From Candidatus Latescibacterota bacterium (lineage in GTDB: Bacteria > Latescibacterota > UBA2968 > GCA-2709665), in contig OZ250150.1 of the NCBI GenBank assembly GCA_965237675.1, forward strand, positions 896,001 through 960,000: DNA of 64,000 nt, written 5' to 3'. Below, piece by piece: positions 1 through 10,298 of the stretch; position 1 is the stretch's first letter, and every line of letters begins with the position of its first letter. Position numbers and translations under genes: made by a program. The notes below the pieces were generated by a model that did no database searches, was not told where the DNA came from, and saw nothing but the letters and a program-made list of their open reading frames with translations.

Positions 1-1321
1 CAGCTTTCAGCACCGTGCGCGCAGGTACGCGGGACTCTATATGGATGAGGACCCGCAGGCCAGGAATTACGATCCGGAGCATAAGATCATCCGCAGTCTG
101 TTTACCGGAAGCCGTGGGCCCTTGCTCCGGAAGGCGACGGCGCTGGATTGGGCGGGAGACCCAATTGAGGTGGAGGGACGATTCGGCCCGGCGCATGGCG
201 AGCGCAATTTCGAGGAGATGCTGGCGCATTTCGAGGATTACACGGACGTGGTTGGGGACCATCCCATCAACCTGGCGGCCACTACGCTGGGTCTGAACGC
301 GTTTATGGTGGCTGGAGAGAAGAAATACAGGGAGTGGGTGGTGGACTACGTGGGTGCCTGGGCGGAAAGGGCAGAGGCCAACAACGGGATTCTTCCCAGC
401 AATATCGGTTTGGACGGCACGATCGGGGGCGAGTGCGATGGAAAGTGGTATGGCGGGTGTTACGGCTGGGGGTTCACGGTGGTCGTGCCCCAAACGGGCG
501 AACTGGCGGACAGGAACGCGACCTACCGGGGTGTCGCGGGCTTCGGCAACGCGCTGTTGCTGACGGGCGAACGGAAATACGTGGACGTATGGCGCCGGAT
601 GCTCGCCGCGGTGAATGCCAATTCCCGGACGGTGGATGGCAGAACGGTGTACCCGCACATGTATGGCGACGACGGCTGGTACGCCTATCAGGAATCCCCA
701 TACAATCAGGGTGCGCTTGACGTCTACTACTGGTCGATGAATCGGGAGGATCTGAAATACGTGCCCGGGAACGCTTGGCTGAAGTTTCTGGACGGAGAAA
801 ACGAGGGATTTCCGGAGACCGCCTTGCGCCGGGAATTTGCCTCAATCCGTGAAAAGGCAAACGGTATGCGCCAGGATACCAGCACGCCCGATACCCGGAT
901 GTCGGACGATACGCTGCGGTACAACCCGGCCATCAATAGCTGTCTGACCCAGTTGATGATGGGCGGATTGACCCCCCGATACGGCGAGGCGCTGCATTGC
1001 CGTTTGCGATATTTCGACCCCGTACGCCAGCGGGCGGGGATACCCGAGGACGTGGCGGCGCTCGTGGAGGGGATGACGGACGAAACGGTCACGGTGTCTC
1101 TGGTGAACGTGAATCCGGTGGATCATCGGACTGTCATCGTCCAGGCGGGGGCCTACGGCGAGCACCAGGTGACGGCGGTTCAGACCGACGACAGTACCCA
1201 TTCCGTGGATTGTCCTTTCTTCACGGTACGTCTGGCGCCCGGAAGCGGCAGCCGTCTCGTTGTCACGGCAAAGCGATACGTGAATCAACCGACATTCGTA
1301 TTTCCCTGGGATAGGGAATGA
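1..1321 (+). CDS. Hypothetical protein, 5'-truncated by window edge (possible alpha/alpha-barrel glycan-active protein)
   Basis: Frame is open from base 2 through 1321; Trp/Tyr/Gly-rich segments (GKWYGGCYGWGF, YGDDGWY); no recognisable catalytic motif. Confidence 0.6.
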   Translation, partial: SFQHRARRYAGLYMDEDPQARNYDPEHKIIRSLFTGSRGPLLRKATALDWAGDPIEVEGRFGPAHGERNFEEMLAHFEDYTDVVGDHPINLAATTLGLNAFMVAGEKKYREWVVDYVGAWAERAEANNGILPSNIGLDGTIGGECDGKWYGGCYGWGFTVVVPQTGELADRNATYRGVAGFGNALLLTGERKYVDVWRRMLAAVNANSRTVDGRTVYPHMYGDDGWYAYQESPYNQGALDVYYWSMNREDLKYVPGNAWLKFLDGENEGFPETALRREFASIREKANGMRQDTSTPDTRMSDDTLRYNPAINSCLTQLMMGGLTPRYGEALHCRLRYFDPVRQRAGIPEDVAALVEGMTDETVTVSLVNVNPVDHRTVIVQAGAYGEHQVTAVQTDDSTHSVDCPFFTVRLAPGSGSRLVVTAKRYVNQPTFVFPWDRE

Positions 1322-1565
1322 TAAGCTGTCAGTGGTCAGTTATCAGAGGTCAGCTCCCCACCCAAACAGCCCCAAAGGCGGAAGTCGCAGGGAGCCGGCC
1401 AATCGCTCGGAATCGGCCGGAAACGCAAGACGGACTCTAATCTGAATTATTCATGAATTGTCACGGATCGCAGTTTCACGAAGCAGAAACAGCTTCTGAG
1501 TGAATAGAGAAAGTGAATCCCCATGTGTAATACATTCTGGATTTGGATCGTTTGAAACAAACGAG

Positions 1566-1815
1566 ACCTACCCCCTATCCCCCTTCCTGCGAGGAAGGGG
1601 GAACTGTGATCGGCTGATGAACGGTTGGATTGGATGAAGACGTTTCGATTGATGAAAAAATCCGGTCGAAATATCGTGATTGGTCGGCGAGTTGCGCTTG
1701 GGAAAGTGACGAGATGGCGTTTTTCAATCAGTCAGATATTGCATAAAATATCGTTTACACGATACGTAGTCCGACTCCCCCTCTCCTCGCAGGAGAGGGG
1801 GACGGGGGGAGAGGT
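1566..1815. repeat. ~250-bp element bounded by inverted REP-like hairpins (MITE-like)
   Basis: 1566-1604 ACCTACCCCCTATCCCCCTTCCTGCGAGGAAGGGGGAAC is an imperfect reverse complement of 1774-1815 ACTCCCCCTCTCCTCGCAGGAGAGGGGGACGGGGGGAGAGGT; each end is itself a hairpin. Confidence 0.65.
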
Positions 1816-1886
1816 TCTTTTTTGTTAATCATGCAGGCTATGACGAAGCGCGTCAACGTGGCGTTCAAACTTACGGAGGATGTGAA

Positions 1887-2729
1887 ATGAGTCTGGATAT
1901 CGAAAGGTGGCTCCGCCGACCCAAGATCGACGTGCATTGCCACGTCTGGAATCTGGGGAACGAGGCGGAAGAGGCGACCTCCGCCGAGCGGTTGATCTCG
2001 GCGGGCGAGATGCTGGGCATTACCGAATACTGGTGTTCTTCGCCCATTACGGGTGGACGGCTCGCGAGTATTGAAGAAGTGCGCGCGGAGAACGACGCGG
2101 TGTTGCGGGCCATGAAACGCTTTCCCGAACAAATCCGGGGCATGTGTTTTGTGATTCCGGGGCACTACCGGCAGGCGGTGGACGAGGTGGACCGGTGCCT
2201 CGACGCGGGGATGATCGGCGTCAAACTCTACAACCAGTACCGGATCAACGATCCGGCGGTGTTTCCGGTTATCGAACGTGTGATCGAGCGCGGGGTGCCT
2301 CTCCTGGAGCACGCGGGTTTCGTGTGTGGCAGAGAATTCCTGGATCAACAGCCGCTGATTTCCGATGGACGTCATTTCGCGGAGATGAACCGGTTGTATC
2401 CGGAGGCGATGGTCATCCACGCCCACATCGGCGGCGGCGGCGACTGGGAAAACACGATTCGCGCAATGCGGAACACGTCGCCCAACCTGGTCTGCGACGT
2501 CAGCGGCAGCAATCTGGATGACGGACAGGTCGAACTCGCCGTGGCCGAAATGGGGCCCCACCGGGTGTTGTTCGGCACGGACGGCACCATGACCGGCAGC
2601 GTTGGGAAGGTCATCGACGCAACACTGACGGACGAGGAAAAGGACCTGATTTTCTGGGGCAACGCGGAGCGGATTCTGGCCGCCCAGGGCGCGGCGCCGA
2701 TCTTGACGGAGAAGGAGGCCGTGGCATGA
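1887..2729 (+). CDS. Amidohydrolase family protein (Amidohydro_2-type TIM barrel)
   Basis: IDVHCH metal motif, GVKLY, IHAHIGGGG, RVLFGTD; GGAGGA RBS upstream. Confidence 0.9.
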   Translation: MSLDIERWLRRPKIDVHCHVWNLGNEAEEATSAERLISAGEMLGITEYWCSSPITGGRLASIEEVRAENDAVLRAMKRFPEQIRGMCFVIPGHYRQAVDEVDRCLDAGMIGVKLYNQYRINDPAVFPVIERVIERGVPLLEHAGFVCGREFLDQQPLISDGRHFAEMNRLYPEAMVIHAHIGGGGDWENTIRAMRNTSPNLVCDVSGSNLDDGQVELAVAEMGPHRVLFGTDGTMTGSVGKVIDATLTDEEKDLIFWGNAERILAAQGAAPILTEKEAVA

Positions 2730-3523
2730 GGTACGTCGATATCAATGCGTGGTTGGGTTCCTGGCCCTTTCGGGGATTGCGGGACAATACGCCTGAAACA
2801 CTCATCCGACGGCTGGACCGGGCCGGGATCGCCACGGCCGCCGTATCCCGGATCGACGCGATATTGCACCGGAGCGTACAACCGGGTAACGAACGGTTGG
2901 CGGAGGATCTGGAGGGGTTTACTGATCGATTGATTCCGATGGCGACAATCAATGCGGCCGATCCGAATTGGGAAGGCGATCTGCGCCGCTGCCACGAAAA
3001 TCTGAACATGAAAGGCGCACGGCTGTTTCCGCAGTATCACGAATTCGCCGTGGACGGACCCGAAGCCCGCAGGGTCGTGGCGGCGTGCACCGAGCGGGGG
3101 CTTCCGGTGTTCATTCCGCATCGGATCGAAGACGTCCGGCAGAGGCACTGGATGGACCCCGGGCGGATGGTGGATCTCAATGGCGTGGCGAATCTTATTG
3201 CCACGGCCTCCGGGGCGACAATCGTGATTCCGAATGCGCGAGGGCTTGCGAACACCCCCGTCTGGCAACGCACGGAGATTCGGGACCGCGACTGGTATTT
3301 CGACCTGTCCCTGGCGGAAGTACACTACACATTGAGTCGAAACGTGAATCAGATGGGCGATCTGTCGGATTTCATCGAACAGGGCGGCGCGGATCACCTC
3401 GTATTCGGCACACACGCTCCGTTCTCCTATCCTTCGGCGGCCAGGGTCAAGTGTGCGGTGTTGCCGGTGGATAACGAAACCCTTGAAGAAATCTGTTACA
3501 GGCGGGCGGAACGGATGTTGTAA
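2726..3523 (+). CDS. Amidohydrolase family protein, degenerate metal site
   Basis: DINAWLG replaces DxHxH; GARLFPQYH, LVFGTHAPF; ATGA overlap with upstream gene. Confidence 0.85.
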   Translation: MRYVDINAWLGSWPFRGLRDNTPETLIRRLDRAGIATAAVSRIDAILHRSVQPGNERLAEDLEGFTDRLIPMATINAADPNWEGDLRRCHENLNMKGARLFPQYHEFAVDGPEARRVVAACTERGLPVFIPHRIEDVRQRHWMDPGRMVDLNGVANLIATASGATIVIPNARGLANTPVWQRTEIRDRDWYFDLSLAEVHYTLSRNVNQMGDLSDFIEQGGADHLVFGTHAPFSYPSAARVKCAVLPVDNETLEEICYRRAERML

Positions 3524-3556
3524 GCCACGTTATATTAATGTAGAGGGCGATGACGC

Positions 3557-5971
3557 ATGGTCACCGTAGACATGATAACCAGACTGGAGGGCGCGTGCAT
3601 ACCCGCCGCCGAGACGCCGACGAGCCGGCGTTATCTGAGGATGGCACAGAAGTGGTTTCCGACCGCGCTGAGCTATTTTGAGGACTGGGGTGAGCGCCCC
3701 CGTTGCGGGCATTTTTTCGGCGGGGTCCATTGGTACGGCATAGAGACGGCGGTTCCATTGCACGCCCTCGCCGCGGTGAGCACCTCGCCGGAGTACGATG
3801 AAAACACGACGGGATTGTCGATTGACGACCTCCGGGAGGTTGTCATCAAGGCGATCAGGTACCTGTGTTTCACGCACGATACGGGCCCCGGGGAATGCCT
3901 GCGTCCGTCCACGGGGCTGGGAATGCCCAGGTCCTGGGGTACCAAGTGGGGGGAAAGAGGCCGGGGATTTTTTCCGGAAAGCCAGTGCGGCGGGACCATC
4001 GCGAATATGACCGCCGCGGCCCTGATGTTGCGGCCGTACGTGGACCACGAAACACGGATGATGCTGGCGGAAATCTGTATCGACTATCTCGAACGGTTTG
4101 GAGAAATGGCGCCGAAGAGCGGCGTCTACGCCGATACGCAAATGGAGGAGAACGCGTGGACGGCGCACGGCCTGGCGGCGTGCTATCTGTTTCTGTCCGG
4201 ACACGAGCGTGCGGAAGCATGGGAAACATGCGCCCGGCGGTGGATGTTTTCGGCCTGCGCAACGCCGCAGGACCGGTTCAACGAAGGCGTGCTGGAAACC
4301 GGGTTGACGGCCGCAGCGCTGACCGGGAAGACATTCACCACATTGCCGGACTACATGGCCGAGAACCACGGTATGGTCCACCCCGGTTACACCGCCTCCG
4401 GTGTCCAGTCCGTGGCCGGCCTGGGGTTGCTCTATCGGATGTACGGGCGGACCGAACCGCCGGAGGCCTACTGGAACCGCCAGCGGGTCTACGATGCGAT
4501 CAAGCTGCTGACGGATGAAACGGGTTCGGCGATGCCGACACAGGGGATGGACCGCCTTTACCTGGGGGAACAACACGCGTTGCACGCATCGGCCTATCTG
4601 TTTCTGAAGGATCCGGATGCCGGGTACTTCGAGGAGGTATCACTGGCGCTCAGAGAGAAAAAACAGGAAGGAAACGGAGGGCGGTTGATCGATCCCGAGG
4701 TTGCGGCCACGTGCCACGAGGTGGAAGATCCCATGGAGATCAAGGAGTCGGAGATGATCGAAGGGATCGTGAAACCCTACCTCCTGCACCGGTTGATGGA
4801 TGGAGAGGCGCCGGCGCCCACGCCCGAGGCGGAGATTGCAACAAAGTTCAACGGTGTCCGGCTCTTCCCCCATTCCGGATTCGTACATCACCGGCACAAA
4901 CGAGGCCAGACGTCCTTTTCCTGGCGAAATTATGTGATGGCGCTGCCGTTCACCCGCGACGGCGTACACACAGTCGGGCCCAGCCGGTGGAGTCTGCTGG
5001 CCAACGTAACGGTAAAGGACCGGCCGGGAAGCCACAATCTACGTGTCATGTGGATCAATCGTAAGGACGACGGGTTCGCGGCGTTGATGGTGAACGACCG
5101 GGCACAGGATACGATTCGCCAGCGCGTGCTGTGCTGCTCGCTTCCGGATGGACGCATGGTATGCAGTGAGCGACTCGAGGCGCTTCGGGATTGCACGGTG
5201 GAGAAATTAGATCAGGGATTCATCAGGGTCATCAACGAAAACTTCCCGCTTGTTGGCGGGGTCTGCGATGGAGAGCGTATTCTCTATCATCAGCACGGAT
5301 CGGAGACGTTTCCCGGGTTTCCGAGCAATGACCCCGAAGATGATGTCGTGTTTGATATGCGCGACCCGGGCTGGTTGAACTTGGACGATCAGATGGGGAT
5401 TGTGTTCGAAGGGACGAGCAGGACCCGCTATCTGAACCGTCACTATTTCCCGCCCTTCGCCTTCCGGGCGGTCGCCGACGATCTGTTTTTGAGCCGGAAC
5501 GACACGGCGAAGGAATACCGAGCGGGCGAGCAGGTGGGCACGCTCGCCATGCTGATTTGTCCCGAGCAGTCGCATGAGGAAACGCCGGCCCAGTTCCTGA
5601 GAGTAGCTGAATCGTCGGAAAATGCGGTCGGCCTGATTGTGGACGGCTATTTGTGCGCCGGTAATTTCGGATCGAAGCGGAAGGTGTGCACGTTTGAGAC
5701 AGGCATTGAGAAACCGGTTCCGGTGTTTGGAAGCACAACCCGTGTTTCGGGACAGCGCGTTGAGTATGCGATGCCCATCGAAGGTGGAGAGGCGGTCTAC
5801 GAGAGGGAAGTCATGAAGGTCCGGACGGATGGGGATATTCGGATCGAAGCGGTACCCGGCGGTGACGCGTATATCACAAATGAAGCGGGACGCAATGTGG
5901 AGGTGTGTGTTCTGAGAGACGGACAAGAACGGAATTTTCGAATGGAAGCGGAACAGGTGGTGCGCATTTGA
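3557..5971 (+). CDS. Large hypothetical protein, polysaccharide-lyase-like; paralog of 11662-14076
   Basis: 804-aa ORF; shared blocks FFGGxHWYGxET, TKWGERG, DTQMEENAW, ENHGMVHPxY; helical N-half and beta-rich C-half (inference). Confidence 0.6.
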   Translation: MVTVDMITRLEGACIPAAETPTSRRYLRMAQKWFPTALSYFEDWGERPRCGHFFGGVHWYGIETAVPLHALAAVSTSPEYDENTTGLSIDDLREVVIKAIRYLCFTHDTGPGECLRPSTGLGMPRSWGTKWGERGRGFFPESQCGGTIANMTAAALMLRPYVDHETRMMLAEICIDYLERFGEMAPKSGVYADTQMEENAWTAHGLAACYLFLSGHERAEAWETCARRWMFSACATPQDRFNEGVLETGLTAAALTGKTFTTLPDYMAENHGMVHPGYTASGVQSVAGLGLLYRMYGRTEPPEAYWNRQRVYDAIKLLTDETGSAMPTQGMDRLYLGEQHALHASAYLFLKDPDAGYFEEVSLALREKKQEGNGGRLIDPEVAATCHEVEDPMEIKESEMIEGIVKPYLLHRLMDGEAPAPTPEAEIATKFNGVRLFPHSGFVHHRHKRGQTSFSWRNYVMALPFTRDGVHTVGPSRWSLLANVTVKDRPGSHNLRVMWINRKDDGFAALMVNDRAQDTIRQRVLCCSLPDGRMVCSERLEALRDCTVEKLDQGFIRVINENFPLVGGVCDGERILYHQHGSETFPGFPSNDPEDDVVFDMRDPGWLNLDDQMGIVFEGTSRTRYLNRHYFPPFAFRAVADDLFLSRNDTAKEYRAGEQVGTLAMLICPEQSHEETPAQFLRVAESSENAVGLIVDGYLCAGNFGSKRKVCTFETGIEKPVPVFGSTTRVSGQRVEYAMPIEGGEAVYEREVMKVRTDGDIRIEAVPGGDAYITNEAGRNVEVCVLRDGQERNFRMEAEQVVRI

Positions 5972-6042
5972 CGTCGGGGATGGAATACCTGGAAGTTGGC
6001 CGATGGTCCATAGCCAGGTGTAAATGAATAGGAAATAGCGAA

Positions 6043-7431
6043 ATGCGGCTGGCGATCTGCGGAATCAGGCATGAAACGAACACATTCTCGGCGTTACGCG
6101 CCGGGATCGAGGATTTTCATGTCTTGCGGGGGGACGAGATTCTTGCGGATGGGCCCTGGCAGGCGTTCGACGACGTCGAATGGGCGCCGACGCTGGTCGC
6201 CAGAGCGCAGCCGCATGGGCTCGTTCTCCGGGACGCGTACGAGTCGATGGTGGCCGAGTTGGTGGATCGTTTGCGTAGGGCATCGCCGGTGGACGGCGTG
6301 TACCTGGATTTGCACGGCGCGATGGAGGTGGAAGGCCTGGGCGACGGCGAACGCGACCTGGTTTGCCGCGTGCGCGAGACGGTCGGTGGCGACATTCCGA
6401 TCGTCGCCAGTCTGGACCTGCACGCCAATCTCGCGCCAGAGGTCGTGGAGAAGACCGATGTGCTGACGGCGCTGAGGACCGCGCCCCACGTGGACCGGAC
6501 CGAGACGCAAAGGCGGGCAATTGGACATCTCATCCGCTGTGTGAGAGAGAATCTCCGCCCCGTTAATGCCATTGTCAGGCTGCCCATGCTGCTTCCGGGT
6601 GAACACGCGGCAACGGGAGTGGAACCCGCGCGGTCCCTGTACACAGGACTTCAGGAGGTGGAATCACGTCCCGACGTTATCGACGCGTCGATTATGATCG
6701 GGTGCGCGTGGACGGATTCGCCTTTTACGTCCGTGGCCACAATTGTGGTTTCGGAGAATCGGTCGGTTGCCGGGGAACACGCGGAACGCCTGGCGCTGGA
6801 AATCTGGCGAAAGCGTGAGCGATTCGCGCCGGATGTGCGGACGATGCCGGTCGAGGAAGCCGTGAGGAGTGCCGTCCGCGAGACCCGGCACCCTGTGTTT
6901 GTTTCCGACTCGGGAGACAATGTGACGGCCGGCGCGGCGGGCGATATCACCCTGGTCCTGAAAACGCTGCTCGAGGCCGGCGCCAGAGATGCGGTCGTCG
7001 CGGGGATTGCCGATAACGAGGCCGTGTCGCGGTGTCTTGAAGCCGGTATCGGCGCCGAGTTGACCCTGGCCGTGGGTGGCAAGCTCGACAGGGTCAACGG
7101 ATTTCCTCTGGACGTAACCGGCCGCGTGATCTCGATGAATCCGCCGCGCATCGTCGTATTCCAGGTGAGGGGAGTGAAAGTGGTGTTATCGGCCGACCGT
7201 ATGCCGTTCCTGGATCTCCGGAGCTTTGAAACGGCAAACGTGAATCCGGCGGAACACGAGATCGTGGTTGTGAAACATGGATATCTCGCACCCGAACTGC
7301 GGGAAATAGCCGGGACGGCCTTAATGGCAATCAGCCCGGGGTGTACGACCCTGGCGCTGGAGACGTTGCCCTATGAACGGATTCGACGGCCTGTGTTTCC
7401 ACTGGACGAGGACGTCGCATTCCGCGCGTGA
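6043..7431 (+). CDS. M81 family metallopeptidase (MlrC-like)
   Basis: HETNTFS, LDLHGAM, SLDLHAN, RTAPHVD, DSGDNVTAGAAGD, VVVKHGYL. Confidence 0.9.
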   Translation: MRLAICGIRHETNTFSALRAGIEDFHVLRGDEILADGPWQAFDDVEWAPTLVARAQPHGLVLRDAYESMVAELVDRLRRASPVDGVYLDLHGAMEVEGLGDGERDLVCRVRETVGGDIPIVASLDLHANLAPEVVEKTDVLTALRTAPHVDRTETQRRAIGHLIRCVRENLRPVNAIVRLPMLLPGEHAATGVEPARSLYTGLQEVESRPDVIDASIMIGCAWTDSPFTSVATIVVSENRSVAGEHAERLALEIWRKRERFAPDVRTMPVEEAVRSAVRETRHPVFVSDSGDNVTAGAAGDITLVLKTLLEAGARDAVVAGIADNEAVSRCLEAGIGAELTLAVGGKLDRVNGFPLDVTGRVISMNPPRIVVFQVRGVKVVLSADRMPFLDLRSFETANVNPAEHEIVVVKHGYLAPELREIAGTALMAISPGCTTLALETLPYERIRRPVFPLDEDVAFRA

Positions 7432-10148
7432 TGGACTTGGAAATGATGTTGATCTGTGTGTTGTTGACCCTGGCGATTCTGCTGTTTCTGTTGCCGGACC
7501 GGATTGATGCGGAACCGGTGTTTCGGCCTCAGGTCGACCCGAGTCAGGTTGCGGGTCTTAAGAAAAACCTGGCGTCCCTGTTGGCGCTGTCCGAAAAAGA
7601 ACTGGCGCGTTTGATTCCGAACCGGTCCGGTTTTCGGTTTGTGGATTGCCCGAATTGCTCGGGTGGAGCGGAGGAGAATCAACTGTCGTGGTCGATTGAG
7701 GACCCCGACCGGGTCTTCTGCCAGTTCTGCAACATGCGGTTTCCAAACGAGATGTACCCCGAAAACGGGGTGATGCGGGTGACCAATCCGCGCGGCGAGG
7801 TCCAGGAGTATCCTTATTGGGAAGCGCCGTTTTCGCCGCCCGCGCAGTTGCCGGGATCGCTTTCGCACATCGAGCCCGATAAGAAGTACCGGCACTATTT
7901 CCGGGCCAAGGGATGGTACGTCGCCCGAATGTATTTTTCGGATGCGGCCCATCAACTGGGTAGGCTTTACTATCTCACGAGGAACTCGGCATTCGCTCGA
8001 AGAGCGGCGTTGATTCTGGATCGCTTTGCTCAGGTTTATCCGGGGTATTGCGCCCGGTTCGACGCGCCGTTCCGGACCAAGGTGGTATTCGAGGGAGACC
8101 ACGCGTTTCCCTATCCGGTGTCTCCGTATCTGGCGGCAAAGTGGGATTACTGGGCGTATGGGGATATACCGTCGAACCTGATCCTTGCCTACGATCTGAT
8201 TCGAGAGAGCGGTCAGGTAGACGACGGGATGCGGCGGCGGATCGAGGATGATCTGTTTCGCGGCAGTGTCGGATTTGTACGGTCGTATCCGATTACACTC
8301 AGCAATATGGACCCCGCGATCCTGCGCGGGCTGATTTCCGCGGGACGGGTGCTGGGCGAGCCCGCGTACGTCCACGAAGCGGTGGACTGGATTGGGGATA
8401 TAATCCGGAAGCAGTTTTTTGTCGACGGGATGTGGAGAGAAGGAGCGGTGTCCTATCATAATCAGACGGTGGACGGGCTGGCGGCCGTCATGGACCTTTT
8501 GAAGGGATACAGCGATCCGGAAGGCTACGTAAATCCGGAAAGCGGGGTGCGTTACGAGGATCTGGATCTGTCGGACCGGTTTCCGCTTTTTGAAAAGGCC
8601 AGACGGATTCCGGATCTCTTGCGATATCCGAACGGGCGCCTCGTCGCGGTGCACGATACGTGGGCCTGGCAAAAAAGAGCGCCCACGACAGAGACCGGTC
8701 CTTATCTGCTGGGCGGCGTCGGACATGCCTGGCTGGGGCGGGGCCATGGCGAATATCAGATGCAGGCGCACCTGCACTATTCGGGAGCATACGGACACGC
8801 GCACGCGGATCTGTTGAGTATCACGCTGTTTTCACATGGGCAGGAACGCCTGTCCGATATCGGGTATACCTGGACCCACCAGCGGCAGTGGGCGTCGAGT
8901 ACGCTATCGCACAGCACTGTGGTTGTGAACGGCGAGGACCAGGTGCGAGGACATGAAAACAACCCTTCGGATGGCAACCTGCTGATGTTCGTTCCGGGGG
9001 ATGAAGGGTTTCAGGCGGTGGCCGTACAGGGCGACAGGGCGTATCCCGGAGTTGTACGGGAATACTCGCGATTGCTCGTTATGATTGGCGTTTCGGCGCG
9101 GGATGCGTATGTCGTGGATGTGTTTCGCGTGGACGGGGGAGCGCGGCACGATTACGTGCTGGTTGGAGATGCGAATAACGATGGGTCTATCGAGACGGAT
9201 CTGGATCGGTCGATCTATGGTGAGACGCTGCTGCCGCCCGATGTGGAGGTCGTGTTTCCCAGCGGGGAGACCGTACCGGGTTATGCGAAGGGGCACAATT
9301 TCGTCTACGGGTACGTGCGGGACGTGAGCAGGGCTGAAATCTCCGCGCCGTGGAATGTGGTCTTCACCAGCGAGGGCGAACCGAAGGGTGGTGTTCGTAT
9401 CCACGGGGTTTCAGAGCTGGACGGGGAACTGCTTTTCGGCAAAATGCCATCCGTTCGGCGCGCGGAGGAGAGCGAGGGGAGGCTGGATGACTACACGATG
9501 CCGGCGTTGATCCACCGCCGCGAGGGCAGGGATCTGTCCAGCGTCTTTGTGAATGTGCTGGAGCCTTTTGGCGAAACGCCATTTATCCGGTCCGTGGAGC
9601 GACTGGGGAAGGAGTCGGACGGTCTGGCGCTGAAGATTGAAGGAGAGGATTATACGGACTATCTGTTCTGTAACTTGGACGGTAAACGGATGGTTCTGGG
9701 AGACATGACGCTGGATGGCCGGATCGGGTTTGTGCGTGAACGGAACGGAGCCGTGGAGAGGATGACCCTGGTGGGTGGGGCGCTGCTGAAGAAGGGGAAC
9801 GTCCACCTGTCGGGAGATGGTATCCTGACGGGTACTATCCTTGGCGTGTTGCGGAAGGAAAGTGGCGCCGATATGGACGGTCTGGTGGTGGACGGCAACA
9901 TTCCGGAAGGCGATAGGATGAAGGGATTGACGGTTGTGGTTAAAGACGGGGCAGGGTTTACGCTGGGGCTCCGGTTGGCGGATGTCGTGAAACGGGATGG
10001 CCGGACGGTGCTGGTACTGGCGGACGATCCCGGATTCGAAATGGAACCGGACGGGACGAGCCGGCATGTCTATTTTCCCCGACGGTCCTGGGTCGGAGAG
10101 AATCGATTTGAGATTATGGACGTGAGGCATAGAATCGGATCGAGATAA
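7428..10148 (+). CDS. Heparinase II/III family protein, secreted
   Basis: N-terminal hydrophobic signal; DGMWREGAVSYH, GHAHADLLSITLF, SDIGY, SHSTVVVNG. Confidence 0.8.
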   Translation: MMDLEMMLICVLLTLAILLFLLPDRIDAEPVFRPQVDPSQVAGLKKNLASLLALSEKELARLIPNRSGFRFVDCPNCSGGAEENQLSWSIEDPDRVFCQFCNMRFPNEMYPENGVMRVTNPRGEVQEYPYWEAPFSPPAQLPGSLSHIEPDKKYRHYFRAKGWYVARMYFSDAAHQLGRLYYLTRNSAFARRAALILDRFAQVYPGYCARFDAPFRTKVVFEGDHAFPYPVSPYLAAKWDYWAYGDIPSNLILAYDLIRESGQVDDGMRRRIEDDLFRGSVGFVRSYPITLSNMDPAILRGLISAGRVLGEPAYVHEAVDWIGDIIRKQFFVDGMWREGAVSYHNQTVDGLAAVMDLLKGYSDPEGYVNPESGVRYEDLDLSDRFPLFEKARRIPDLLRYPNGRLVAVHDTWAWQKRAPTTETGPYLLGGVGHAWLGRGHGEYQMQAHLHYSGAYGHAHADLLSITLFSHGQERLSDIGYTWTHQRQWASSTLSHSTVVVNGEDQVRGHENNPSDGNLLMFVPGDEGFQAVAVQGDRAYPGVVREYSRLLVMIGVSARDAYVVDVFRVDGGARHDYVLVGDANNDGSIETDLDRSIYGETLLPPDVEVVFPSGETVPGYAKGHNFVYGYVRDVSRAEISAPWNVVFTSEGEPKGGVRIHGVSELDGELLFGKMPSVRRAEESEGRLDDYTMPALIHRREGRDLSSVFVNVLEPFGETPFIRSVERLGKESDGLALKIEGEDYTDYLFCNLDGKRMVLGDMTLDGRIGFVRERNGAVERMTLVGGALLKKGNVHLSGDGILTGTILGVLRKESGADMDGLVVDGNIPEGDRMKGLTVVVKDGAGFTLGLRLADVVKRDGRTVLVLADDPGFEMEPDGTSRHVYFPRRSWVGENRFEIMDVRHRIGSR

Positions 10149-10298
10149 TCAAACCATCCGCCCTGAACCGAACCTGGATTCGACAAGGGGTGTCGAATGG
10201 ACTTCGACCCCGGCAGGACGCATTTTTTCCGTTAGAAACGCGACGGTGGGCGAATTCATCTCAGGGAGTTCCTGCCGGAGGTTTTAAAGGTCTTTGTA

